Virus record (IMG/VR): IMGVR_UViG_2061766007_000276
Source of the DNA: an uncultured virus (IMG/VR IMGVR_UViG_2061766007_000276)
Taxonomy: Duplodnaviria > Heunggongvirae > Uroviricota > Caudoviricetes
Direction: 5' to 3' (one strand)
Length of the DNA: 31,997 nucleotides
Position 1 is the stretch's first letter. Each line of letters opens with the position of its first letter. Shown one piece after another: positions 17,364 to 26,058 of the stretch. Below the pieces are notes generated by a model that had not been told where the DNA came from, made no database searches, and saw nothing but the letters and a program-made list of their open reading frames with translations. Both the position numbers and the translations under genes were made by a program.

Positions 17364-17579
17364 ATGGAATGGAGAGGATGGGAGAGCGTCAAGAAGGCGA
17401 TGGAACTCTCCCGGAAAGTGTCAGGGGAGCTCAGATTGACGGAGAAGGACCTGATGGGGTTGGGGCTCACCAGGTCCAAGTACGAGAGCAAGGTCGTGAA
17501 CGGCGGGTTCAGCCTTCAGGAGTTCATATTCCTGTGCGACGTCGCCGGCTACGACGTGAAGATCGAGAAGAGAGGATGA
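17364..17579 (+). CDS. small HTH-like protein, paralogue family D
   Basis: LGLTRSKYESKVVNGGFSLQEFIFLCDVAGY aligns with 18135..18410. Confidence 0.6.
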   Translation: MEWRGWESVKKAMELSRKVSGELRLTEKDLMGLGLTRSKYESKVVNGGFSLQEFIFLCDVAGYDVKIEKRG

Positions 17580-17764
17580 ACGTGGAGGATAGTTGCGATT
17601 GCGGGGCCTTGAACCCGAGAATCACCCTAGTCCAAGCCAGGAACGAGATAGAAGAGACGTACCCGCCGTCTCGCGAGAAGAGCCTTGTGCTGACGAAGAT
17701 CGACGAGGCTCTCCTCTGGTACAACCAGATGGAGGCAGTGGGAAACGGAACGGACAGGGAGTGA
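17576..17764 (+). CDS. Acb2/Tad1-like helical hairpin protein (candidate anti-defence nucleotide sponge)
   Basis: PPSREKSLVLTKIDEALLWYN matches the RE.S...TK.EEA.MW hairpin motif; ATGA overlap; GAGAGG RBS. Confidence 0.6.
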   Translation: MNVEDSCDCGALNPRITLVQARNEIEETYPPSREKSLVLTKIDEALLWYNQMEAVGNGTDRE

Positions 17765-17771
17765 GGAATAC

Positions 17772-18125
17772 GTGATGATTGGAAGCAGGCTGATAAGCCA
17801 ACGGATATTCGACGAGACCGGTTACAACATGACTGCGTCGTGTAAGAACGCGGTGCTGTCACTCGACGTCCCGGGCAGCACGTCCAAGGAGGACTTGAGC
17901 CGGATATTGGAGGAGGTCGGGCACATGCTCAGCCCTAGCCTGAAGGACGAGATCCTGTCCTTCGGGAAGAAGGCGGGGAAGCTCGCCAATACCGTGTCCG
18001 AGCTATCGGAGGACATTGACACAGCCGAGGCGGATATCCCGGAAGAAGACGAGATCTTGGAGGACGATCCGGAGAACCAGTTCGTCGAGGAAGACGGCAA
18101 GACGGATATCCCGGAAGGAGAATAG
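17772..18125 (+). CDS. hypothetical protein with an acidic tail
   Basis: GAGG RBS; ORF fits the operon. Confidence 0.6.
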   Translation: MMIGSRLISQRIFDETGYNMTASCKNAVLSLDVPGSTSKEDLSRILEEVGHMLSPSLKDEILSFGKKAGKLANTVSELSEDIDTAEADIPEEDEILEDDPENQFVEEDGKTDIPEGE

Positions 18126-18134
18126 GGGGACGAC

Positions 18135-18410
18135 ATGACGAAGTTCCCATCGCCGGAGCAGCTGTCCAGGAAGAGGAAGCAGGAAATCGGGTCGTGCTCC
18201 AAGGAGGCCAGGAGAATGGCCAAGGAGATGCTGGACGGGGCCGACCGGACCAGGATAGCCGGATATCTAGGAGTACTTGAGGACACGTTGGCCGACAAGG
18301 TGAACCAGGGCCGTTTCAGCATCTCGGAATTCCTCCTGATGGCGCACCTCTGCGGATATACGCTGGAGGCCGTCCCGAGGCACAAGGACCTGATAGATGG
18401 GGAAGCCTGA
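18135..18410 (+). CDS. small HTH-like protein, paralogue family D
   Basis: IAGYLGVLEDTLADKVNQGRFSISEFLLMAHLCGY. Confidence 0.65.
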   Translation: MTKFPSPEQLSRKRKQEIGSCSKEARRMAKEMLDGADRTRIAGYLGVLEDTLADKVNQGRFSISEFLLMAHLCGYTLEAVPRHKDLIDGEA

Positions 18411-18717
18411 CATGGACGCCATGACAGACGTAGGCCTTGTGGATGACATGGAGTTCGACTACGACGGGACAGTGTTCTCCAAGATAGTAGAGGATGTCGT
18501 GGTAGTCGTGGAGGAATCGAGCGTCCTACCGGATTCGTGGGTCGTGCACGCGGAGTCCATGTCCAACGGGATATTCGTCGTGGATACGGTGTCTGCGCCG
18601 GAAGTCGATCCGTTCGTCGACTCGGCGATAAGGGTACTGTCGTCAGTGGACGAAAGGGGCGGATACGTCCGAAACGGAGTCTCTAGGAACGACGACGGAT
18701 CCAGGTCAAGACCGTGA
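18397..18717 (+). CDS. hypothetical protein
   Basis: ORF fills the operon; acidic and Val-rich. Confidence 0.55.
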   Translation: MGKPDMDAMTDVGLVDDMEFDYDGTVFSKIVEDVVVVVEESSVLPDSWVVHAESMSNGIFVVDTVSAPEVDPFVDSAIRVLSSVDERGGYVRNGVSRNDDGSRSRP

Positions 18718-18732
18718 GAGGAGCGATATTGG

Positions 18733-18975
18733 ATGGCTAGCAGGAGGACGGTACGCGGGAAGTGCTCGCAATGCGGCATCGAGACGGACCACGACATAGT
18801 CGCCATGCACAGCGACGGCGTAGGATATTGCATAGGCATGGAGTGCCCGGCCTGCGGGAAGTTGGTCCCGGAGGTCGCGTGGAACAAGTACCAGAAGACC
18901 GGGGACGTGATAGTCCCCAATTTGAGGAGGGGGAGCAACGGAAGCTTCCCCAAGGGAAACAAGAACTATCTCTGA
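18733..18975 (+). CDS. zinc-ribbon protein
   Basis: CSQC...H...CPAC; GGAG RBS. Confidence 0.6.
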   Translation: MASRRTVRGKCSQCGIETDHDIVAMHSDGVGYCIGMECPACGKLVPEVAWNKYQKTGDVIVPNLRRGSNGSFPKGNKNYL

Positions 18976-18991
18976 GAAAGGAGAGAAGCAT

Positions 18992-19954
18992 ATGGAAATC
19001 TCGATATTGAAACCGGTCCTTTCCAAGGTCAAGCCGGTCCTGTTCGCGCTGAAGAAGCGATCGCCGGAAATCCTGGTCGGGCTTGGCACGGCCTCTATAG
19101 CCGCAGGAACAGTGTTCGCATGCAAGGCGGCGCCGAAGGCGAAGGAGCTGTGGGAGGATCCCCTGGTATCCGAGATCCGCAACGAGGACGGAACCGTCGA
19201 GATAGTGGAGACTCCGAACGAGGTCAAGCTGCGCCATACCGTCAACAACGTCAGGAAGGTCGCGAAGCTGTACGCTCCCGGCATCGGCTTGATTGCNNNN
19301 NNNNNNNNNNNNNNNNNNNNNNNNNNNNNNNNNNNATCGGCCAAGCATATAGAGCACTCGAGGTTCACTGCTATGCTCGGAGCGTATTCCAGCCTACAGG
19401 GCATGTTCGAGGAGTACAGGAGCAACGTCATCAGGGAATGCGGTGCCGACACGGATATCCGCTGCATGAACGGCTCCGAGATGGTGGAAGTCGAGATCCT
19501 CGAGCAGGAGGAAGGCAAGAAGAAGCCGAAGAAGGTCAAGGAAGAGGTTCTCATGTTCGGATCCGAGAACCCGTACCACAGGGTGTTCGACGAGTGCAAC
19601 TCCCCGACGGAATGGCAGGACAACATGGAAGCCAACCGCTTCTTCCTGGAATGCCAGCAGACGGTCCTGAACCAGGAGCTGAACAGGGAGGGACGGATAT
19701 TCCTCAACGACGTGTACAAGCGCCTCGGGTTCGACTACTGCGAGATAGGACAGTTCGTAGGCTGGCTGGCATCCGATATCGAGGGGTGCAAGGACGGATT
19801 CATCGACTTCGGCATCGACTACGCATGCATGAGGCGCGAGGTCGAGCAGGCGCAGTACGAGGGCCGCAAACCCGAGCCCAGCATCTGGCTGACGTTCAAC
19901 TGCGACGGCGAGGTCTGGGACAAGCCGCTGACGAAGAAGCGCGAAGATGTTTGA
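18992..19954 (+). CDS. DUF6353-like phage protein (paralogue 2)
   Basis: SPEILVGLG...GTVFACKAAP...AYSSL...FLNDVY..LG...GQ.VGW...FN.DG; GAAAGGAG RBS. Confidence 0.75.
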   Translation: MEISILKPVLSKVKPVLFALKKRSPEILVGLGTASIAAGTVFACKAAPKAKELWEDPLVSEIRNEDGTVEIVETPNEVKLRHTVNNVRKVAKLYAPGIGLIXXXXXXXXXXXXXXSAKHIEHSRFTAMLGAYSSLQGMFEEYRSNVIRECGADTDIRCMNGSEMVEVEILEQEEGKKKPKKVKEEVLMFGSENPYHRVFDECNSPTEWQDNMEANRFFLECQQTVLNQELNREGRIFLNDVYKRLGFDYCEIGQFVGWLASDIEGCKDGFIDFGIDYACMRREVEQAQYEGRKPEPSIWLTFNCDGEVWDKPLTKKREDV

Positions 19955-20020
19955 GACGAGGGATTGGACGAATACCTGCGAATCTGCAGGATATTCGGCA
20001 TCGGAAAGGAGTGACGGCTT

Positions 20021-20774
20021 ATGGGTATCGAGAAGCTGACCGGATTCGTCAAGAGCGGATATTACTGGCCGGCGGTGGCNNNNNNNNNNNNNNNNNNNNN
20101 NNNNNNNNNNNNNNNNNNNNNNNNNNNNGATATCCTCCAAGGTCAAGAGCCCGTCCAAGGAGACGGTCGAATGGGCTTCGGAGCATATGGACGAGCTGTA
20201 CGGCCTGAGCGGGTTCGATGGCGACGAAGACTTCTCGTTGCCGTTCCCGGAAGGGGTCAACATCGTAGACCAGGACAAGGTCGACAAAGTTGTCAACGAC
20301 GAGATATTCGTGAAGCCCGACATCGCCAAGATGAGGGACTACACGAAGTACGCCAACGTCCCGGGAAAGCACGCGAAGTCCCTCGACCCGGAGGAAGGCG
20401 AGGAAATTTCCGAAGACGGAGGAGAGATGGTGGTCGACGTCCTGGATGACGACAGGTTCGAGATCATATCCGAGCAGGAGTTCGTGCACGAGGTAGGGAA
20501 CGAGAACGGCTACGTGTCCGCAACCGGGACGTACTTCACCCAGGACGGGATATTGGCCGGATGGAACGACGACCTGGTGGAGAAGGACATCCTGAACACC
20601 GTGGGGATGAAGGCGATATCCGCTTTCGACCAGCAGTCGACCAAAGCCGTGTACGTCAGGAACGACCAGCTAAAGGTCCTGTACGAGATCGTGAGATGCG
20701 ACGATCCCATGGAAGACGTCCTACGCGAGAACGAGGAGGCGTCCGTGGACGCCATCCAGGAAGACTCCAAGTAG
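20021..20774 (+). CDS. membrane-anchored acidic phage protein, interrupted by an N gap
   Basis: GAAAGGAG RBS before ATG 20021. After the gap the protein-like frame is that of ORF 20187..20774 (II.EQEF...TYF..DGIL...VYVRND.LK..YEI). Confidence 0.6.
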
Positions 20775-20784
20775 GGAGGACGGC

Positions 20785-21363
20785 ATGGTATCCGAATGGG
20801 ACGGTTCCTGGAAGGAAGAGGATTTCGCCAACGCGTACAGGAACTGGCTGGCCGACTACATGGAAGCCGAAGGCTACTCGATATTGTTCGACGTGCTCCA
20901 CGACACCGAGTTCGAATGGGACCACGCGAGGTTCCCGAGGGACTCGGACAGGGAGGCGGACGGGCGGTACCTCAGGCTCAGGTTCTCCGACGAGTCCGGC
21001 ATGGATATCATGGAGGATTGGCTGGCCTGGCCCTGCAGCTTCCTGGAGTTCCTGATAGCCTTGGCGTGCGCCATAGACGACAAGATAATGTACGATCCGG
21101 ACACGCCGGAAGGACCGTGGACGTGGTTCTGGGAGATGATGGCCAACTGCGGGCTCAAGACGTGTACGGACGAGTGGATGATGGAAGCCGGGATATCCGG
21201 ATGGAAAAAGGTGTCGGAGATCACGAAAACGATCATGGGACGTAGGTACGAGTACAACGGGAACCTCGGACTGTTCCCGTTACGCCGTCCGGAGATGGAT
21301 CAAAGATCCGTGGAAATCTGGTACCAGGCGAACGCATATTTCATAGAGAAGTACTTCGAGTGA
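20785..21363 (+). CDS. conserved phage protein preceding the primase/polymerase
   Basis: GGAGG RBS; D.DR..DG..LR..F...CSFLEFLIALA...WFWEM..N.GL...R.Y...G..GLFP...DQR.VEIWYQ. Confidence 0.75.
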   Translation: MVSEWDGSWKEEDFANAYRNWLADYMEAEGYSILFDVLHDTEFEWDHARFPRDSDREADGRYLRLRFSDESGMDIMEDWLAWPCSFLEFLIALACAIDDKIMYDPDTPEGPWTWFWEMMANCGLKTCTDEWMMEAGISGWKKVSEITKTIMGRRYEYNGNLGLFPLRRPEMDQRSVEIWYQANAYFIEKYFE

Positions 21364-21389
21364 GGGGGCCGAGGCGAGTTGAAACCGAG

Positions 21390-21430
21390 TTATTTTTAAC
21401 AAAAAAGTAACACAAAAAGTAACACAAACG
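21390..21430. repeat. AT-rich tandem repeat AAAAAGTAACAC x2 (candidate replication origin)
   Basis: Perfect 12-mer copies at 21402-21413 and 21414-21425 in the intergenic region upstream of the replicase. Confidence 0.55.
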
Positions 21431-21745
21431 CCGATTTTCGGTACTTTCGACCCCCGATCCCATTTGTCTAAGACAAATGGAAAAGTGCCCNNNNNNNNNN
21501 NNNNNNNNNNNNNNNNNNNNNNNNNNNNNNNNNNNNNNNNNNNNNNNNNNNNNNNNNNNNNNNNNNNNNNNNNNNNNNNNNNNNNNNNNNNNNNNNNNNN
21601 NNNNNNNNNNNNNNNNNNNNNNNNNNNNNNNNNNNNNNNNNNNNNNNNNNNNNNNNNNNNNNNNNNNNNNNNNNNNNNNNNNNNNNNNNNNNNNNNNNNN
21701 NNNNNNNNNNNNNNNNNNNNNNNNNNNGGGGGACGTGGAAATGCC

Positions 21746-24700
21746 ATGCTCGATTTCGTTCGAATAACCACTTCCACGAAAGTGACGAAAAGGAAGGACG
21801 GGGCGTCGGATGTCACCGTCCGGATATCTCCCGAATTCATAGTGAGGTCGTCGGAGGACCTCATGATAAAGGGATCGGCGTTCTACGCGGTCTGGGATCC
21901 GGATATCGGGATGTGGTCCAAGGATCCGGGGACCGTGTGCAGGATAGTGGACGAGGGGATAGACGAGGCCGCGAAAAGGCTTCCCGACGGTATGAAGAAC
22001 GCTGTTCTGGAGAAGATGTACCTCAGGACGTATTCCACGAAGAAGTGGACGGAGTTCCTAGGATATTGCGCTTCCCTCCCGGACAACTACCACGAGCTCG
22101 ACACCAAGCTGACCTTCGAGAACGACGAAGTGTCGAAGGAGGACTACGTCAGCAAGCGTCTCGGATATTCCCTGAAGCCAGGCTCGATAGACGCGTGGGA
22201 GGAGCTTATAGGAACCCTGTACGACCCCATAGAGAAGCAGAAGGTAGAATGGTCCATAGGCTGCATAGTGTCGGGAGACAGCATAAGGGTCCAGAAGTTC
22301 GTCGTACTGTACGGAAGCGCCGGAACAGGAAAATCGACCCTTTTGAACATAATACAGATGCTTTTCGACGGATATTACAACACGTTCGAGGCCAAGGCTC
22401 TGGCCTCGTTCAACAACTCCTTCGCCTTGGAGATGTTCAGGGATAACCCGCTGGTATCCATACAGCACGACGGCGATCTCAGCCATATCGAGGACAACAC
22501 CAAGCTGAACTCCATAGTATCGCACGAGGAGATGGTCGTCAACGAGAAGAGGAAAGCCCAGTACACATCCAGGTTCAACACGTTCATATACGTTGGGACG
22601 AACAAGCCGGTCACCATCACCGATGCCAAGAGCGGGATATTGCGCAGGTTGATAGACGTCCGTCCTAGCGGCAAGATGGTCGACTTCCAGAGGTACCAGA
22701 CGTTGATGGCGCAGGTCAGGTTCGAGTTGGGAGCCATAGCGTACCATTGCCGGAAAGTCTACAGGACATTGGGGATCTCCGCGTACGACAAGTACGTCCC
22801 TACCGAGATGATGGGCGCGACCAACGACTTCTACAATTTCGTCATAGACACCATGGATATCCTGTCTGTTCCCGGAGGCGTCACATTGGCAAACGCCTGG
22901 GAGGAGTACAAGAAATGGTGCGAGATGGCGAAGGTGAAGTACCCAAAGAGCAAGAGGTCGTTCAAGGAGGAGCTCAAGAACTACTATTCCGAGTTCAAAG
23001 AGAGGGGAAGGGACTCGTCCGGAAACCAGGGATATTCCGTGTACTACGGTTTCAAGAAAGACAAGTTCCGGTACTCGACCGAACAGGAGGAGCTTAAAGC
23101 AGCCATAGAGTCCGTGGACATGTTGAAGCTCGACAGCGAGGTATCGCTGTTCGACGTCGACTGCGCCGGATATCCTGCCCAGTACGCGAACTCGGATGGA
23201 ACCCCTTCCATGAGGTGGAGCAGGGTGAAGACCACGTTGTCCGATATTTCCACCACCGAGCTCCATTACGTGAAGCTCCCGGAGAACCATATCGTCATAG
23301 ATTTCGACTTGAAGGACGACGATGGGGACAAGTCGTTGGAAATGAACCTGAAAGCCGCGGCGAAATGGCCCAAGACCTACGCCGAGCTGAGTAAGAGCGG
23401 TAAGGGAGTGCACCTGCACTACCGATATGAGGGGGACACATCCAAGCTTTCGAACATCTATTCCGAGGGGATAGAGGTGAAGGTGTTCAAAGGCAACGGC
23501 GCGTTGAGGAGGAAGCTCACGCGCTGCAACAAGGAGGAGATCGCGATATTGCAATCAGGTCTCCCGTTGAAGAAAGGAGGAAAGAAGGTGATAGATTTCG
23601 AGGGGCTGGCGAACGAGAAGGCGTTGCGCACCATGATAGAGCGCAACCTCAAGAAGGAGATCCATCCAGGCACTAAGCCGAGCGTCGACTTCATATACAA
23701 GATACTCGAGGACGCGTATTCTTCCGGGATGCACTACGACGTCACGGATATGAGGCCTGCTATCATGGCGTTCGCCAACAACAGCACCAACCATTCGTAC
23801 TACTGCATCAAGTTGATGTCGAAAGCGCATTTCCAAAGCGAGGACCCGTCAGACGGAGTCGATTGGGCCGATCCCGACGATATCGTGTTCTACGACGTCG
23901 AGGTTTTCCCGAACCTGTTCGTCGTCGTGTGGAAGAACGAGGATTCGGAGCAGTGCGTCAAGATGATCAACCCTTCCCCGTCCGATATCGAGAAGCTGTG
24001 CCGGTTCAAGCTGGTCGGGTTCAACAACAGGCGGTACGACAACCATATCCTGTACGCCAGGATGGTCGGAATGAACAACCAGGAGCTCTACGGCATAAGC
24101 AAGCGGATAATCGGTGGAGGCAAGGAGTCGAGGAACGGCTACTTCAACGAGGCGTGGAACCTGTCCTACACGGATATCTACGACTATTCCTCGAAGAAGC
24201 AGAGCTTGAAGAAATGGGAGATCGAGCTCGGCATCCACCACCAGGAGCTTGGCCTGCCCTGGGACGAGCCCGTCGACGAGAGCCTTTGGGAAAAAGTCGC
24301 AGAGTACTGCATAAACGACGTCAGAGCCACTGAGGCGGTGTTTAAGGCCACTTACGACGATTTCGTGGCTAGGTGCCTACTTGCGGACTTATCGGGTCTC
24401 AGCGTCAATCACACGACCCGCAGCCATGGTACGAAAATCATATTCGGTAATGACAAGAATCCTCAGGAAAAGTTGGTCTACACGGATCTGTCAGAGATAT
24501 TCCCGGGGTACGAGTTCGACAACGGGAAGAGCTCTTACAGGGGAGAGGATCCTGGAGAAGGAGGATACGTATACGCCGAGCCAGGATATTACGAGAACGT
24601 CGCCCTTCTGGACATCGCCTCCATGCATCCCACATCGTTGATCGAGCTGAACTACCTAGGCCCTTACACGGAGAGGTTCGAGGATATCGTCAAGGCAAGG

Positions 24701-25558
24701 CTGGCGATAAAGCATGGAGATCACGACTCGGCCAGGAAGATGTTGGACGGCAAGCTCGCTAAGTACATCGACGATCCGGATATCTCGGATAAGAAGCTGG
24801 CCTATGCCCTTAAGATCATCATCAACTCGGTTTACGGGTGGACGAGCGCGAGATTCGACTGCGAGTTCAAGCATCCGAGGAACGTCGACAACATAGTGGC
24901 GAAGCGAGGAGCTCTGTTCATGATAGACCTCAAACATGAGGTGCAGCGTAAGGGGTTCACCGTGGCTCACATCAAGACGGACTCCATAAAGATACCAAAC
25001 GCCACCCCGGAGATCATATCCTTCGTGATGGACTACGGCAAGGAGTACGGATACACGTTCGAGCACGAGGACACGTACGACAAATTCTGCCTAGTGAACA
25101 ACTCCGTGTATATTTGCAAGAGCAGGGAGCACAACTGCTGGGAGCCGACAGGTGCCCAATTCGCGGAACCGTATGTGTTCAAATCCTTGTTCAGTCACGA
25201 GGATCTGGAGTTCAGGGATTTCTGCCAGACGAAGACGGTGACCGTCGGCGATATTTACCTCGACATGAACGAGACGTTAGGGGAGGATGACCACAACCTG
25301 AAGTTCGTCGGAAGGGCCGGATTGTTCACCCCGGTCGTCCCAGGTTCAGGAGGAGGGATATTGTACAGGGTCCAGGATGACAAGCTGTACGCCGTAACCG
25401 GAACCAAAGGATATCGGTGGCTCGAGTCCGAGACAGTCGAAATGCTGGGAAAGCAGGACGAAGTGGACGTTTCGTACTACGAGAGACTGTGCGAAGAGGC
25501 AATAGAGGACATAGGCAAGTACGTGGACTACGAGAAGCTCGTGGAAGAAAAGGAGTGA
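21746..25558 (+). CDS. fused SF3 helicase / primase / 3'-5' exonuclease / family-B DNA polymerase (~1270 aa)
   Basis: Walker A GSAGTGKS (~22313); prim-pol motifs IVIDFD and ELSKSGKGVHLHY; ExoI FYDVEV, ExoII GFNNRRYD, ExoIII YCINDV; PolB motifs LDIASMHP, KIIINSVYG, HIKTDS. Start placed at ATG 21746 after the N gap. Confidence 0.88.
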   Translation: MLDFVRITTSTKVTKRKDGASDVTVRISPEFIVRSSEDLMIKGSAFYAVWDPDIGMWSKDPGTVCRIVDEGIDEAAKRLPDGMKNAVLEKMYLRTYSTKKWTEFLGYCASLPDNYHELDTKLTFENDEVSKEDYVSKRLGYSLKPGSIDAWEELIGTLYDPIEKQKVEWSIGCIVSGDSIRVQKFVVLYGSAGTGKSTLLNIIQMLFDGYYNTFEAKALASFNNSFALEMFRDNPLVSIQHDGDLSHIEDNTKLNSIVSHEEMVVNEKRKAQYTSRFNTFIYVGTNKPVTITDAKSGILRRLIDVRPSGKMVDFQRYQTLMAQVRFELGAIAYHCRKVYRTLGISAYDKYVPTEMMGATNDFYNFVIDTMDILSVPGGVTLANAWEEYKKWCEMAKVKYPKSKRSFKEELKNYYSEFKERGRDSSGNQGYSVYYGFKKDKFRYSTEQEELKAAIESVDMLKLDSEVSLFDVDCAGYPAQYANSDGTPSMRWSRVKTTLSDISTTELHYVKLPENHIVIDFDLKDDDGDKSLEMNLKAAAKWPKTYAELSKSGKGVHLHYRYEGDTSKLSNIYSEGIEVKVFKGNGALRRKLTRCNKEEIAILQSGLPLKKGGKKVIDFEGLANEKALRTMIERNLKKEIHPGTKPSVDFIYKILEDAYSSGMHYDVTDMRPAIMAFANNSTNHSYYCIKLMSKAHFQSEDPSDGVDWADPDDIVFYDVEVFPNLFVVVWKNEDSEQCVKMINPSPSDIEKLCRFKLVGFNNRRYDNHILYARMVGMNNQELYGISKRIIGGGKESRNGYFNEAWNLSYTDIYDYSSKKQSLKKWEIELGIHHQELGLPWDEPVDESLWEKVAEYCINDVRATEAVFKATYDDFVARCLLADLSGLSVNHTTRSHGTKIIFGNDKNPQEKLVYTDLSEIFPGYEFDNGKSSYRGEDPGEGGYVYAEPGYYENVALLDIASMHPTSLIELNYLGPYTERFEDIVKARLAIKHGDHDSARKMLDGKLAKYIDDPDISDKKLAYALKIIINSVYGWTSARFDCEFKHPRNVDNIVAKRGALFMIDLKHEVQRKGFTVAHIKTDSIKIPNATPEIISFVMDYGKEYGYTFEHEDTYDKFCLVNNSVYICKSREHNCWEPTGAQFAEPYVFKSLFSHEDLEFRDFCQTKTVTVGDIYLDMNETLGEDDHNLKFVGRAGLFTPVVPGSGGGILYRVQDDKLYAVTGTKGYRWLESETVEMLGKQDEVDVSYYERLCEEAIEDIGKYVDYEKLVEEKE

Positions 25559-25560
25559 AA

Positions 25561-26055
25561 ATGCCTAAGCAGAGAATAGAGGAAAGACCGATCTTCGAGA
25601 ATTGCCGGATCATATTCCGGAACTTTGCCGGAGAGCAGTCGCAGTACAACAGAGCAGGAGACAGGAACTTCTGCGTAGTTATCGACGATGAGGAGACGGC
25701 GTCGAGGCTTATAAAGGACGGATGGAACATAAAGCATCTTCCGCCCTTGGACGAAGGCGGCGAAGAGACCGCATATTTGCCAGTAGCCGTTTCGTTCCAG
25801 AACGTACCCCCGACCATAATAATGCTGTCTTCCAGAGGGCGCACGCATCTCGACGAGTCCACCATAGATATTCTGGACTACGCTGAGATAGAAACGGTAG
25901 ATTTGATCGTGAACCCGTACAATTGGGAAGTCAACGGTAAATCTGGTGTCAAGGCGTACGTGAAATCGATGTACGTCACGATACGCGAGGATGCATTGGC
26001 GAAGAAATACGCAACCTTCGACACCAACGACCCGTCAGACGACGTTCCGTTCTAA
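25561..26055 (+). CDS. single-stranded DNA-binding protein
   Basis: AAGGAG RBS; IIFRNF.G...YN..G.RNF...VKAY; acidic C-terminal DDVPF tail; lies between polymerase and helicase. Confidence 0.75.
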   Translation: MPKQRIEERPIFENCRIIFRNFAGEQSQYNRAGDRNFCVVIDDEETASRLIKDGWNIKHLPPLDEGGEETAYLPVAVSFQNVPPTIIMLSSRGRTHLDESTIDILDYAEIETVDLIVNPYNWEVNGKSGVKAYVKSMYVTIREDALAKKYATFDTNDPSDDVPF

Positions 26056-26058
26056 ACC

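Noticed and set aside
1503..20128. Apparent frameshifts or pseudogenes in the ATPase (1415), 6276, 7821 and 20021 genes
   Set aside because: Each frame change falls exactly across an N run, so inexact gap length is the simplest explanation rather than programmed frameshifting or decay.
21464..21745. N-terminal extension of the replicase, and similar N-spanning ORFs at 31056-31678
   Set aside because: These are artefacts of translating through N runs. Credible starts are ATG 21746 and ATG 31647.
22058..23554. 498-aa minus-strand ORF and other long antisense ORFs (e.g. 2776..3687, 18706..19719)
   Set aside because: They are shadows of real + strand genes, with unnatural composition and no RBS.
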